Positions 12,482 through 22,832 of a stretch of DNA of 64,000 bases are shown piece by piece (position 1 is the stretch's first letter; every line of letters starts with the position of its first letter). Under the pieces are notes generated by a model, which saw nothing but the letters and a program-made list of their open reading frames with translations, did not search any database and was not told where the DNA came from. This DNA comes from Candidatus Cloacimonadota bacterium (GTDB lineage: Bacteria > Cloacimonadota > Cloacimonadia > JGIOTU-2), in contig JAGXLO010000001.1 of NCBI GenBank assembly GCA_018334695.1, positions 7,551 to 71,550 on the forward strand. Direction: 5' to 3'. Position numbers and translations under genes: made by a program.

Positions 12482-12512
12482 TTTGCAATAATATCCATCT
12501 AGTAAGGTGATT

Positions 12513-13811
12513 ATGAATGCTCATGAGATAATTATAAAAAAAAGAGATCAAAAGGCATTAACTAAAGCAGAAATAGTCTATTTTGTAGATGAATACTTAA
12601 AAGGCAACATCGAAGAATACCAGATGTCTGCTCTGCTGATGGCAATTTTGCTTAATGGAATGAACTATCAGGAAACCTATTGGCTAACAGAAAGCTATAT
12701 TAATTCTGGGAATACAATAGATTTTGGCAAAACCAATGGTAAATATATCGATAAACATAGTACAGGCGGAGTAGGGGACAAGGTTTCGATAATTTTGGCA
12801 CCCCTGGTGGCAGCTTGCGGTGTATATGATCCTATGATTTCGGGAAGAGGGCTTGGTCATACAGGTGGTACACTTGATAAACTGGAATCTATTCCCGGTT
12901 TCAAAACTAATGTTAAGAAAGAAGAATTTAAAAATTTGGTCGCTAAAAATGGATTTGCTATCATTAGTCAAACCGAGGACCTGGTTCCCGCAGACCATAG
13001 AATTTATGCAGTTAGAGACGTTACCGGCACAGTAGAGAGCATTCCTTTGATTACTGCCAGTATAATGAGTAAAAAAATTGCCTCCGGTATAGATGGACTT
13101 GTTATTGATCTAAAAGTAGGAGCCGGAGCTTTTATGCAAAAGCTGGAACACGGAAAAAATCTGGCAAAATTTTTGAAAAAAGTAGGAGAAGAATTTGGCA
13201 AAAAAGTCAAAGTGGTGTTTACATACATGGACGCACCTTTGGGTTATACTGTGGGAAATGGAATTGAGATAATAGAAAGCATTGAATTCTTAAAAGGTAA
13301 TTACCAAAAAGATCTAAAAGAAGTTGTATTTGCTTTAGCCAAACAAATGCTAATCATGGCAAACCTGACGGATTCAGAAAAAAAAGCTACTGAAATGTTG
13401 CAAAAAGCTCTCGATTCAGGGGGAGCGCTGGAAAAATTTAAGAATTTTGTCAAATTACAAAATGGAGATATAAATATAATTGATGATTATTCTCTATTAG
13501 TTTCTCCCAAATCAGAAATCGAAATAAAGGCTTCTGAAGGTGGATATGTAAAAAAAATTAACAGCCGAGAAATTGGCTGGGCTTTGATAGACGTTAATGC
13601 CGGTAGAAAAGTAATTACAGACAGTTTGCATCACTCGGCCGGATTAGAAATTTACAAAAAAATTGGTGATAAAGTAAAAAAGGGTACAACATTAGCCACT
13701 TTATATTTTAGTAACGATAAGGGAGAAGAAACAGCCAAAAGAATTCAAAAAGCTTTTGAAATTTCTTCATCTAAACCCAAAGGGCATTCAAGAATTATTG
13801 ATATTATTTAA
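12513..13811 (+). CDS. pyrimidine-nucleoside (thymidine) phosphorylase
   Basis: HSTGGVGDKVS phosphate-binding motif, SGRGLGHTGGTLDKLE and the overall ~430-aa architecture of the Pdp/DeoA family. An alternative GTG start lies at 12507. Confidence 0.85.
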   Translation: MNAHEIIIKKRDQKALTKAEIVYFVDEYLKGNIEEYQMSALLMAILLNGMNYQETYWLTESYINSGNTIDFGKTNGKYIDKHSTGGVGDKVSIILAPLVAACGVYDPMISGRGLGHTGGTLDKLESIPGFKTNVKKEEFKNLVAKNGFAIISQTEDLVPADHRIYAVRDVTGTVESIPLITASIMSKKIASGIDGLVIDLKVGAGAFMQKLEHGKNLAKFLKKVGEEFGKKVKVVFTYMDAPLGYTVGNGIEIIESIEFLKGNYQKDLKEVVFALAKQMLIMANLTDSEKKATEMLQKALDSGGALEKFKNFVKLQNGDINIIDDYSLLVSPKSEIEIKASEGGYVKKINSREIGWALIDVNAGRKVITDSLHHSAGLEIYKKIGDKVKKGTTLATLYFSNDKGEETAKRIQKAFEISSSKPKGHSRIIDII

Positions 13812-13985
13812 TTTATTATTTTTATGAAGTATATTAGAAACTATAAAAATCTAACAAAAATTTTGTTTGAAATTGACCTTTGCAGTTCCATAATCCTTGA
13901 CAGTAAAATCCCCCCTTCAAGTTTTTTAACTTAAATATAGTTAATGGTTTAATAAAAAAATTATAAAAATTACGGAGATTATAAA

Positions 13986-14165
13986 ATGGCAGTCCCAAAA
14001 AAGAAAACATCAAAATCAAAAAGTCGTAAAAGAAGAGCGCATTATAAAGCAAATGCCCCCAAATTAACACTTTGCCAAAATTGTGGCGAGAGAAAGCGAC
14101 CTCATTACGCTTGCCCCAATTGTGGTTTCTATAAAGGTAAAAAAGTAGTTTCAGTTTCTGAATAA
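13986..14165 (+). CDS. rpmF: 50S ribosomal protein L32 (bL32)
   Basis: 59-aa ORF that the 60-aa ORF track missed: MAVPKKKTSKSKSRKRRAHYKANAPKLTLCQNCGERKRPHYACPNCGFYKGKKVV. This is the classic bL32 N-terminus with its CxxC...CxxC zinc ribbon. It sits directly upstream of plsX, as in most bacteria. Confidence 0.85.
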   Translation: MAVPKKKTSKSKSRKRRAHYKANAPKLTLCQNCGERKRPHYACPNCGFYKGKKVVSVSE

Positions 14166-14180
14166 TTATAAACACACTGT

Positions 14181-15176
14181 ATGAATATTGCCCTGGATGC
14201 ATTTGGTAGTGATAATGCACCTGCTCCCGAAGTTGAAGGAGCTATACGAGCTATCCACGAGGAATTCTGCGATAAAATATATTTAGTTGGTAAAAAGCAG
14301 CAATTAAAAAAGGAACTAAAAAAATATTATTTTGATGAAGATACTATTGAAATTATTCCCAGTGAACAAATTATAAAAAGTTCCGAAAAGCCACTTAAAG
14401 AAGTCAAAAGAAAAAAAGAATCATCTCTAATAAAAGCTATTGAACTTGTAAAAGATAAAAAAGCCTCAGCCATAGTTAGTGCAGGTTCCACCGGTGCTGT
14501 TATGGCAGGTTCACTTCTTACTCTAGGCAGGATTCCTGGAATTTTGCGACCTGCTCTTGCTGTACAATTGCCCACTATTAAAGATCCTGTGGTCGTACTG
14601 GATGTTGGCGCAAATGTAGATTGTTCAGTGAAAAATTTGGTGCAGTTTGCAGAAATGGGTAATATCTACTCCTCTTATTTAACTAAGCAGGAAAATCCTA
14701 AGGTTGCACTTTTGAATATTGGCGAAGAAAAGAAAAAAGGCAACGAGATCACAAAAGCAACTCATGAAGAACTGGAAAAAAACAAATCTATCAACTTTGT
14801 TGGTAATATTGAAGGTAAAGATATCCTAAAAGGCGAGGTTAAGGTAATTATATGTGATGGTTTTGTGGGGAATATAATGCTAAAAACCGTGGAAGGCGTG
14901 GCTTTGTCACTATTTGAAATTTTAAAAAAGCAGTTTAATGAAGATTGGGTGGCTAAAATTGGAGCAATTCTTTCTTATCCTGCATTTAAGCATTTTAAAA
15001 AAAAGGTGGATTATACTGAATACGGTGGAGCTTTTCTACTTGGCTTAAATGCAATATCAATAATTGCTCACGGTCGGTCAAATTCTAAAGCAATTTTCAA
15101 TGCTTTAAAATTCGCCAGCTTTTCAATAAAGTCAAAATTTTTACCGCATATGAAAAAATTTTACAAGTCAAAATAA
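14181..15176 (+). CDS. plsX: phosphate acyltransferase PlsX
   Basis: MNIALDAFGSDNAPAPEVEGA and the family-wide conservation. The rpmF-plsX-fab context agrees. Confidence 0.9.
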   Translation: MNIALDAFGSDNAPAPEVEGAIRAIHEEFCDKIYLVGKKQQLKKELKKYYFDEDTIEIIPSEQIIKSSEKPLKEVKRKKESSLIKAIELVKDKKASAIVSAGSTGAVMAGSLLTLGRIPGILRPALAVQLPTIKDPVVVLDVGANVDCSVKNLVQFAEMGNIYSSYLTKQENPKVALLNIGEEKKKGNEITKATHEELEKNKSINFVGNIEGKDILKGEVKVIICDGFVGNIMLKTVEGVALSLFEILKKQFNEDWVAKIGAILSYPAFKHFKKKVDYTEYGGAFLLGLNAISIIAHGRSNSKAIFNALKFASFSIKSKFLPHMKKFYKSK

Positions 15177-15189
15177 TTAAGGAGAGATA

Positions 15190-16182
15190 GTGAATAGTAC
15201 AAAGGTCAAATTAGCAGGTATTTGTAGTTATGCACCTGAAAAAGTGTTAACTAACGAAGACCTGGAGGAAATAGTGGATACAAGTGATGAATGGATTAGA
15301 GCTAGAACCGGTATGAAGGAAAGAAGAATATCAGACAAGGATACACCTTCTTCCGAATTAGCTTATGGAGCAATAAGTAAGCTTTTTGATCAAGTAGATA
15401 TCAAAAAGAAAGAAATTGATCTTATTATCGTCGCTACCGTGACACCAGATAATCCTTTTCCTTCTACAGCCGCCATCCTCCAGCATAAACTTGGATTAAA
15501 TACAATCCCTGCTTTTGATATATCAGCTGGTTGTACAGGCTTTATTTATGCTATTTCTATTGCAAAACAGTTTATAGAAAACGGTAATTCTAATAATGCT
15601 ATCGTTGTTGGAGTAGAAGAGTTAACAAAAATTACTAACTGGGATGATAGATCAACATGTGTCTTATTTGGAGATGGAGCAGGAGCTGCTCTCTTGACTA
15701 AAGCAAAAGGTGGAGAGATTTCAGAAATAATTGATACTTATATCTCTGCAGACGGTAAATACGGCGACCTGCTCATTCAAAAAGCAGGTGGTTCTAAGAT
15801 GCCTGCTTCTCATAAAACTGTGGATGAAAATCTCCACACTGTATATATGGAAGGAAACAAAATTTTTAAAAGCGCCGTAAAAGCTATGGGACACGCTGCT
15901 GTAAAAATACTCAAAGATAATGGTCTAACAGGGGAAGATGTTGATTGGCTTATTCCGCACCAGGCAAATATGCGAATAATTGCCTCTACTGCAAAAAGAG
16001 CTAAAATTAAACCTAACAAAGTTATAACAAATATAGAAAAATTTGGAAATACCTCATCTGCCAGTATTCCCCTTGCTTTTGCCGAAGCTGTGGAAGAAGG
16101 ACAGATAAAAAGAGGTGATGTTATAGTTCTGGATGCTTTTGGTGCTGGTCTTACCTGGGGTAGTGTATTACTCCGTTATTAA
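15190..16182 (+). CDS. fabH: 3-oxoacyl-ACP synthase III (FabH)
   Basis: GTG start. Active-site Cys in the AFDISAGCTGFIYA motif. The C-terminal His/Asn motifs (HQANMRI, GNTSSASIP) are present. 330 aa. Confidence 0.9.
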   Translation: MNSTKVKLAGICSYAPEKVLTNEDLEEIVDTSDEWIRARTGMKERRISDKDTPSSELAYGAISKLFDQVDIKKKEIDLIIVATVTPDNPFPSTAAILQHKLGLNTIPAFDISAGCTGFIYAISIAKQFIENGNSNNAIVVGVEELTKITNWDDRSTCVLFGDGAGAALLTKAKGGEISEIIDTYISADGKYGDLLIQKAGGSKMPASHKTVDENLHTVYMEGNKIFKSAVKAMGHAAVKILKDNGLTGEDVDWLIPHQANMRIIASTAKRAKIKPNKVITNIEKFGNTSSASIPLAFAEAVEEGQIKRGDVIVLDAFGAGLTWGSVLLRY

Positions 16183-16201
16183 ATCATAAATTAGGAGAAT
16201 A

Positions 16202-17131
16202 ATGAAAAAATTTGCATTTGTTTTTCCCGGTCAAGGGGCTCAATATGTGGGTATGGCAAAAGAATTTCATAATATCCCTGAATATAAAAAATATTTTAAA
16301 ATAGCGAACGAACGCCTGGGATATGATCTGGAAAATATCATGCTAAATGGACCTGCCGAGGAACTTAAACAAACCTTTAATACTCAACCTGCTATTTTAT
16401 TACACAGCATCTTAGCTTATAATTATTTTAATAATCACTGTGATATAAAGCCTGAATTGGTTGCGGGACATTCACTAGGTGAATTCTCAGCTCTTGTAGC
16501 CGCCGAAGTTCTAGACTGGCAAGATGCGCTTCATTTGGTACATAAACGAGGAAAATTTATGGTAGATGCCAATGAAGGAACTCCATATAAAATGGCTGCC
16601 ATACTTGGACTTGATAAAGATATTATTAAAGAAATCTGTGAAAACACTCATGGTGTTGTAATCGCTGCAAACTTTAATACCCCCAAACAAACAGTTATTA
16701 GTGGAGAAGAAAAATCCGTTTCCGATGCTATGAAAAAATGTGATGACAAAGGAGCTAAAAGAATAGTTCCCCTGCTTGTAGGAGGAGCTTTTCACTCTCC
16801 TCTTATTAAAAAATCTTCAAAATGGCTTTATAAGGAAATGCAGAAAATCGATTTTGCTTCAGCAAAGGTACCAGTAATATCAAACTATACTGCTAAACCG
16901 GAGCTAGAACCTAATGAAATAATAAATAATCTAAAAATGCAAATTATTTCTCCTGTACGCTGGGTTGATTGTGTGAGATATATGTCAAACAATGATATTG
17001 ATGCCGTTGTAGAATTTGGCCCCAAAAAGGTAGTTTCTCGTATGATCCGTTCAATTGATAGAAGTATTGATAGATTTAGTGTTTCCCAACCCAAAGATGT
17101 TGATAAAGTCTTGAAAAAACTTGAGAAATAA
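16202..17131 (+). CDS. fabD: malonyl CoA-ACP transacylase (FabD)
   Basis: FVFPGQGAQYVGM and GHSLGEFSALVAA (active-site Ser) motifs. 309 aa. Confidence 0.9.
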   Translation: MKKFAFVFPGQGAQYVGMAKEFHNIPEYKKYFKIANERLGYDLENIMLNGPAEELKQTFNTQPAILLHSILAYNYFNNHCDIKPELVAGHSLGEFSALVAAEVLDWQDALHLVHKRGKFMVDANEGTPYKMAAILGLDKDIIKEICENTHGVVIAANFNTPKQTVISGEEKSVSDAMKKCDDKGAKRIVPLLVGGAFHSPLIKKSSKWLYKEMQKIDFASAKVPVISNYTAKPELEPNEIINNLKMQIISPVRWVDCVRYMSNNDIDAVVEFGPKKVVSRMIRSIDRSIDRFSVSQPKDVDKVLKKLEK

Positions 17132-17159
17132 TTCTTAACTTATTTATAAGAGGTTAATT

Positions 17160-17900
17160 ATGAAAAATTTGTTAGAAAAAGTTGCAATTGTCACCGGTGC
17201 TGCTAGAGGTATTGGAAAATCAATTGCTCAGGCACTTCTGGAACTAGGAGCACAAGTAATAATTATTGATTTGAATCAAGAAGAAATAGACAAGACAGTA
17301 GAGGAATTAACTAAGGTTAATGAAAATATTTTCGGATATGTTTGTGATATTACTAGCATAAAAACTGTAGGGAAAATGGTAAAAAGTATTAGTAAGGATT
17401 TTGGTTCTATTGATATACTTATTAATAACGCTGGAATCACGAGTGATAAGCTGTTAATACGTATGAAACAATCTGATTGGCAAAAAGTTATTGATGTTAA
17501 TTTAACAGGAACATATAATTGCACTCAAAAAATTTCCCGAATTATGATGAAGCAAAGAAGCGGTAAAATTGTGAATATTTCTTCAATAATAGGTATTATG
17601 GGCAATGCCGGGCAAGCCAATTATGCTGCTTCCAAGGGAGGCATTATAGCATTTACAAAATCTGTAGCTAAAGAACTGGCACCTCGTGGAATAAATGTAA
17701 ATGCAATAGCCCCAGGTTTTATAAAAACTAAAATGACTGATAAATTGTCAGATGGAGTAAAAGAGGAATATTTAGCCCAAATTCCAATGAAAAAATTCGG
17801 CACACCTTCCGAGGTTGCTGACCTTGCAATATTCCTCTGTTCTAAAAATTCTGAATATATTACTGGACAAACCATTGCAATTGATGGTGGAATGGTTTAG
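17160..17900 (+). CDS. fabG: 3-oxoacyl-ACP reductase (FabG)
   Basis: SDR family: TGAARGIGKSIA Rossmann motif, NNAG, and the YAASKGG catalytic tetrad region. 246 aa, between fabD and acpP. Confidence 0.85.
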   Translation: MKNLLEKVAIVTGAARGIGKSIAQALLELGAQVIIIDLNQEEIDKTVEELTKVNENIFGYVCDITSIKTVGKMVKSISKDFGSIDILINNAGITSDKLLIRMKQSDWQKVIDVNLTGTYNCTQKISRIMMKQRSGKIVNISSIIGIMGNAGQANYAASKGGIIAFTKSVAKELAPRGINVNAIAPGFIKTKMTDKLSDGVKEEYLAQIPMKKFGTPSEVADLAIFLCSKNSEYITGQTIAIDGGMV

Positions 17901-17932
17901 AAAATTAATAAAAATCTAATAAGGAGTACAAG

Positions 17933-18175
17933 ATGAGCGAAGAAACAAAAGCAAAAGTAGTAAAAATTATTACAGAACAATTAGGTGTAACAGAAGACGA
18001 AGTCGTTGCAGACGCAAAATTTATAGAAGATTTAGGTGCTGATTCCCTTGATACTGTAGAATTGATAATGGAATTTGAAGATGAGTTTGGTATTGAAATT
18101 CCTGACGAAGATGCAGAAAAACTTACATCAGTAGGAGATGCTATTAATTATATTGATGAACATCTTGATGAATAA
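17933..18175 (+). CDS. acpP: acyl carrier protein
   Basis: 80 aa. The [17 protein letters not shown] phosphopantetheine-attachment Ser motif is present. Confidence 0.9.
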   Translation: MSEETKAKVVKIITEQLGVTEDEVVADAKFIEDLGADSLDTVELIMEFEDEFGIEIPDEDAEKLTSVGDAINYIDEHLDE

Positions 18176-18286
18176 TTATTTTATTTAGTTAAGGAGGTTC
18201 TGCCCACATTCATACAAGTTATTAAAATATAATTTGGAGTTTGTGGGTCTAATTTTTTAAAATTAAAGAAAGGACAAGTTTAAGTA

Positions 18287-19522
18287 ATGAAAGAAAAAAG
18301 AGTAGTTGTAACAGGATTAGGTACAATAAATCCACTTGCCCATTCAGCTGATGAAACCTGGCAAAAACTTTGTCAGGGAAATTCAGGTATAAAAAAAATC
18401 ACGAGTTTTGATACTGAAGATCTTGCTTCCAAAATTGCCGGTCAGGTTACAGATTTTAATCATAAAGAATATTTTGGCAGAAAAGAATCCAGAAAGATGG
18501 ATATGTTTACTAAATACGCACTATATGCCACACAACACGCGATAGAGGACGCTCAGCTTAAAAATTTTGATGAAGATAATATGGGTGTGATTACCGGTAC
18601 CGGCATCGGTGGTATGGTAACCTATGAAAACCAGCACAAACGCTTTTTGGAAAGAGGAGCAAGAAGGGTGAGTCCCTATTTTATTCCAAAAATGGTTTCC
18701 AACATGGCTGCCGGACAGATCGCTATTCGTTTTAACGCCCGTGCAATTAATTTTAACGTAACATCTGCTTGTGCATCTAGTGCTAATGCTATTGGTGAAT
18801 CTTATAGAGCAATTAAATACGGTGAAGCAGATGTTATGATTGCAGCCGGAACCGAAGCTTCTGTAACAGCATTCACCGTGGCAGGTTTTTCTATTATGAG
18901 AGCTCTTTCTACCCGTAATGATGAACCAGAGAAAGCCAGCCGTCCTTTTGATAAAAACAGAGATGGTTTTGTACTGTCTGAAGGTGCTGCTACTCTGATA
19001 ATGGAAAATCTGGAACATGCCAAAACCAGGGGAGCAAAAATCTACGCAGAAGTTGTTGGTTATGGTGCAACATGTGATGCCTATCACATAACTATGCCTG
19101 CCCAAAAAGGTAAAGGCGGAGCCAGAGCAATGAGTAATGCAATCGAATCTGCAGGAATCAAACCAGAACAAGTCCAATATGTAAATGCTCATGGAACCTC
19201 CACGCCTCTTAATGATAAAAGCGAAACTGATGCAATTAAACTAACTTTTGGAGATCATGCTTATGATCTAAAAATAAATTCTTCAAAATCAATGCTGGGA
19301 CACTCCTTAGGAGCAGCAGGAGCTTTGGAATCTATGATTGTAGTTCAATCAATAAAAAATGGTAAAATACATCCCACTATAAATCTTACAACACCTGATC
19401 CTGAATGTGATCTGGATTATAATCCCCAAAAAACTATTGACCTTGATATCAAATATGCTCTTACCAATTCCTTTGGTTTTGGCGGACATAATGCAACAAT
19501 TGCTTTCAAAAAATATGAATGA
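18287..19522 (+). CDS. fabF: 3-oxoacyl-ACP synthase II (FabF)
   Basis: KAS II motifs: active-site Cys in NVTSACASSANAIG, HGTSTPLND, and GHSLGAAG. 411 aa. Confidence 0.9.
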   Translation: MKEKRVVVTGLGTINPLAHSADETWQKLCQGNSGIKKITSFDTEDLASKIAGQVTDFNHKEYFGRKESRKMDMFTKYALYATQHAIEDAQLKNFDEDNMGVITGTGIGGMVTYENQHKRFLERGARRVSPYFIPKMVSNMAAGQIAIRFNARAINFNVTSACASSANAIGESYRAIKYGEADVMIAAGTEASVTAFTVAGFSIMRALSTRNDEPEKASRPFDKNRDGFVLSEGAATLIMENLEHAKTRGAKIYAEVVGYGATCDAYHITMPAQKGKGGARAMSNAIESAGIKPEQVQYVNAHGTSTPLNDKSETDAIKLTFGDHAYDLKINSSKSMLGHSLGAAGALESMIVVQSIKNGKIHPTINLTTPDPECDLDYNPQKTIDLDIKYALTNSFGFGGHNATIAFKKYE

Positions 19523-20252
19523 GAATGATGATTTAAGTTATAAACAAAAATTAAAACTTGATAAGTGGAAAAAATCACTCTATAAACTAGAAAATACCTT
19601 AAATTATAAGTTTAAAGATAAAAAATTACTTATTAACGCTCTCATTCATAAATCTTTCATTACAAATTCTACTCTTGCCCAATCGGAAAAACTGGAATTC
19701 TTGGGAGATTCAGTCCTGGAACTAGCTGTAACAGAAGCAATATATCAAACATACCCCCAAAAAACAGAGGGAGAGTTGACCAAATTAAGAGCCAAAATAA
19801 TAAGCAGCCGATTTCTTTATGAAAAGGCCATTGAATGCAATCTTGCAAAATACGTAATCACAGACGGTAGTATTACTCGCAGAAGCTTGAAAAAGAATAG
19901 ATCAATTACGGCTGATGCTATGGAAGCCCTGTTTGGAGCTATTTTTTTGGATAGTTCATTTGTTGAAGCAAAATACGTAATAAAAAATATTGTTCTAAAG
20001 GACTTGGAAGAATCATTAAAAAAGAATATATTAAAAAATTTTAAAAGCCTACTACAAGAACTCAGTCACAAAAAATTTTCCACAAATCCCGAGTATGCCG
20101 TAAAAAAAACATCCGGACCTGCTCATAGAAGAAAATTTCTAATCGAAGCAAGAATAAATGACAAATATTCAGCTCTGGGTAAAGGCAAATCAAAAAAAAG
20201 GGCAGAACAACGAGCCGCCAGAAAATTATTAAAGATAATTCAAAAATTGTAA
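19515..20252 (+). CDS. rnc: ribonuclease III
   Basis: RNase III signature ERLEFLGDSVLELAV and a C-terminal dsRBD. The start is placed at the ATG overlapping the fabF stop (ATGAATGA). The ORF-track start at 19407 would overlap fabF by 116 nt. Confidence 0.85.
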   Translation: MNENDDLSYKQKLKLDKWKKSLYKLENTLNYKFKDKKLLINALIHKSFITNSTLAQSEKLEFLGDSVLELAVTEAIYQTYPQKTEGELTKLRAKIISSRFLYEKAIECNLAKYVITDGSITRRSLKKNRSITADAMEALFGAIFLDSSFVEAKYVIKNIVLKDLEESLKKNILKNFKSLLQELSHKKFSTNPEYAVKKTSGPAHRRKFLIEARINDKYSALGKGKSKKRAEQRAARKLLKIIQKL

Positions 20253-20259
20253 TAGCCCT

Positions 20260-22293
20260 ATGATAGCAATCTTTTTACTTCTAATTATTATTTCAGCCGC
20301 TCTAACATATTTCTACTACCGAGATACAAATCCCCCCCTGTCTAGAAAAAATAAAATATTACTTGGTTCGCTTCGTTTTATATTTTTTCTGATAGTTTTT
20401 ATTCTTCTGCTCTCGCCAGTTTTACACTTTACTGATAAATCCAAAATTCCTCCGGAAGTTGTAATAGCTATTGATAGTAGTGCCAGCATGAAAGAGATAA
20501 TGCAGAATGGAAAAAGTAAATTAGAAAATGCAAGTAACATTGTATCAAATATTGAGCAAGAAGCAAAAAGGAAAAATTTAAAACTAAAAACTTATAATTT
20601 TAGTAATGGACTGAGTTCCGATTCAACTAAAACTGATATTTTCTTAGCCCTTAATCAAATCTCCCAACAGGAACAAGCAAATAATTTAAAGAAAATTATA
20701 CTTATATCAGATGGCTTACACCACAACAGCAATAACTTTAACTTACTGGATAATATCAATGAACCAGTATATCCGATTGAACCGGGAAAACCTAAAAAAA
20801 GTTTTGATATCTCATTAGAATCAATACAAACTAATAACCCTGTATATAAAAATTTTGAAACGGAAATAAAAGCAACTGTTTCCGGTTTGGAAAATAAGAT
20901 GCCAATCAGATTAAGTCTATGGCAAAATGATCAGAAATTATTACAAAAGCAATTCACCGCCACGGCCGGTTCTGAAGATTTTACATTAAATTATCAACCA
21001 ATGAAACTGGGTTATCAGAAGTTTATTCTAAAAATTTCTGCTCCTGAAAATACCGATTCGAATCAAAGAAATAATCAAAAACAATTTCTATTGTATGTGG
21101 TAAAAAATAAATTGCAAATTACATTGATCAGTTCTCAGTTGAATTGGGATCCTACTTTTGTTAATCGAGCTTTAAAAAAGAACAAAAAATTTGAAACAAA
21201 CTTCCTTGTAAAAAGAAAACAAAACTATTTTTCAGACGGCAAAGCAACTAATGTAAAAGAGTTTCTGGATTGTGATCTTCTGATTTTACACAACAATGAA
21301 GAATTTAATTTCTCCGAAACAGTATATGACAGAATTAGTAAATATTTGGAGAACGGTGGAAATATTTTATATCTTAACAAGATTGATCCGGAAATTGAAG
21401 AGATCTTACCTTTACGTTTGAGTAAATACAAAAAAAATGTTGATGCCAAGATAGTATTAACAAAAAATGCCCAGAATTATCAAACATTTAAAGTAGAACA
21501 AAATTGGATGGAGAATGATGAATTTTGGAGATCCTTACCACCTATTACTGCTCAATTTTATTCTGCAAAAAACAATGCACAAGTACTTGCTAAAGCTGAT
21601 ATACCTACCCAGAATCCTGTGATCGCCTTTTCAAGCTATGGTAAAGGTCATGTGATGATATTTGCTTTAAGTGGATTATATCGCTGGAAAATGTGGCAAG
21701 ATTCCGCTAGTCCCTGGTTTGATAATTTTACTAATTCAGTTACAAATTGGCTTATCAATGCTCAAACAGACAAAAGATTTATCTGTAATACAGACAAGTT
21801 GCAATATTTATCCGGGGATGAAATAAAATTTTCTGCTCATGTTTTTGATGAGAAAATGAATACAATTTCAAATCAGGATATCTCCCTAGCGATAACAAAA
21901 AACGATAGTTCATTTCTTAAAAAATATTTGACTGAATCCGCAAATAAATATACTACCCAGGTTACTATTAATGAAACCGGAAGATATAGATACCAGGCAG
22001 AAGCAAAGATCGGAAATAAAGTGTTGACAGATAGCGGTGAATTTTTGGTCGATAAGATGACAAGAGAGCAAAGTACAAAAGGTATTAACAATAATATTCT
22101 GAGTTTTATTGCCAATAAAACCAACGGAAAACTAAATGCAAATATTACTGATTTATTTAACGAAAATTATACAAGTAAAACGGTGAAAACAAAAATTGAT
22201 TTTAATCTCTGGAAAAAATGGTATATCGCTCTGATAGCTATAGCTATTTTTTCTTTAGAATTATTTCTTAGAAAAAGAAAAGGATTATTATGA
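20260..22293 (+). CDS. membrane protein with vWA-like domain (BatA/BatB-like N-terminus)
   Basis: Two N-terminal TM helices are followed by VVIAIDSSASMKE, which resembles the DxSxS MIDAS motif of von Willebrand A domains. A long extracytoplasmic region and a C-terminal TM helix (WYIALIAIAIFSLELFL) follow. 677 aa. Confidence 0.5.
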   Translation: MIAIFLLLIIISAALTYFYYRDTNPPLSRKNKILLGSLRFIFFLIVFILLLSPVLHFTDKSKIPPEVVIAIDSSASMKEIMQNGKSKLENASNIVSNIEQEAKRKNLKLKTYNFSNGLSSDSTKTDIFLALNQISQQEQANNLKKIILISDGLHHNSNNFNLLDNINEPVYPIEPGKPKKSFDISLESIQTNNPVYKNFETEIKATVSGLENKMPIRLSLWQNDQKLLQKQFTATAGSEDFTLNYQPMKLGYQKFILKISAPENTDSNQRNNQKQFLLYVVKNKLQITLISSQLNWDPTFVNRALKKNKKFETNFLVKRKQNYFSDGKATNVKEFLDCDLLILHNNEEFNFSETVYDRISKYLENGGNILYLNKIDPEIEEILPLRLSKYKKNVDAKIVLTKNAQNYQTFKVEQNWMENDEFWRSLPPITAQFYSAKNNAQVLAKADIPTQNPVIAFSSYGKGHVMIFALSGLYRWKMWQDSASPWFDNFTNSVTNWLINAQTDKRFICNTDKLQYLSGDEIKFSAHVFDEKMNTISNQDISLAITKNDSSFLKKYLTESANKYTTQVTINETGRYRYQAEAKIGNKVLTDSGEFLVDKMTREQSTKGINNNILSFIANKTNGKLNANITDLFNENYTSKTVKTKIDFNLWKKWYIALIAIAIFSLELFLRKRKGLL

Positions 22294-22832
22294 AACAATG
22301 TGAGTATAAACAGGCTGTTAGCAACATAAACAGACCAAACAGAATTGCTTTAGCAGTTTCTCAATCTGCAGATGAAGAAAAAACTAATATTATTACACTG
22401 GGATGGTTTATGCGGACTTCTATTAGCCCTCCTATGTTTGCTATTTCAGTAGGAGTATCCAGATTCTCTTATGAACTATTATCCGATAATCGCAAATTTG
22501 TACTGGCTTTTCCCTCCCAAAAAATGGTAGAAAAAACTATACAATGCGGCACGCAGTCCGGAAGTGATGTGGATAAAATTAAGGAATTTAATATAAAAAC
22601 TCAAAATGGCAAATTATCTTCTATTCCTTTATTATCGAATGCTGTAGCTAACTTCGAATGCAAAAACGTATCACAAATTAGAAGTGGAGATCACACTATT
22701 TTTATCGGAGAGGTAAAATATTCCTGGATCAATCAAGACCCTGATATCAAGTTGCTACTTTCAGTAGAAGATAATGAAAAATATGAAGTACTACATAAAA
22801 GCAAAAATCATACTTTTGGATTAATTAAATAA
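22290..22832 (+). CDS. flavin reductase-like (FMN-binding split-barrel) domain protein
   Basis: The NRIALAVSQSADEEKTNIITLGWFMRTS...VLAFP pattern is typical of flavin reductase-like domain proteins. 180 aa. The ATGA overlaps the upstream stop. Confidence 0.6.
   Translation: MKQCEYKQAVSNINRPNRIALAVSQSADEEKTNIITLGWFMRTSISPPMFAISVGVSRFSYELLSDNRKFVLAFPSQKMVEKTIQCGTQSGSDVDKIKEFNIKTQNGKLSSIPLLSNAVANFECKNVSQIRSGDHTIFIGEVKYSWINQDPDIKLLLSVEDNEKYEVLHKSKNHTFGLIK

Noticed and set aside
13834-14220. 128-aa minus-strand ORF spanning the pdp-plsX gap
   Set aside because: It overlaps the well-supported bL32 gene (rpmF, 13986-14165) on the opposite strand and has low-complexity, Phe/Tyr-rich composition typical of antisense reading of AT-rich DNA. 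It is a shadow ORF.
18176-18286. Possible intrinsic terminator or attenuator between acpP and fabF (CCCACA...TGTGGG followed by T-run), plus an orphan AAGGAGG at 18191
   Set aside because: The 6-bp stem encloses a ~34-nt loop, which is too weak for a confident terminator call. No start codon follows the SD-like sequence within a reasonable distance.
19407-19522. ORF-track start of rnc at 19407 overlapping fabF by 116 nt
   Set aside because: An in-frame ATG at 19515 overlaps the fabF stop (ATGAATGA) and gives an N-terminus consistent with RNase III. A long overlap is unlikely.
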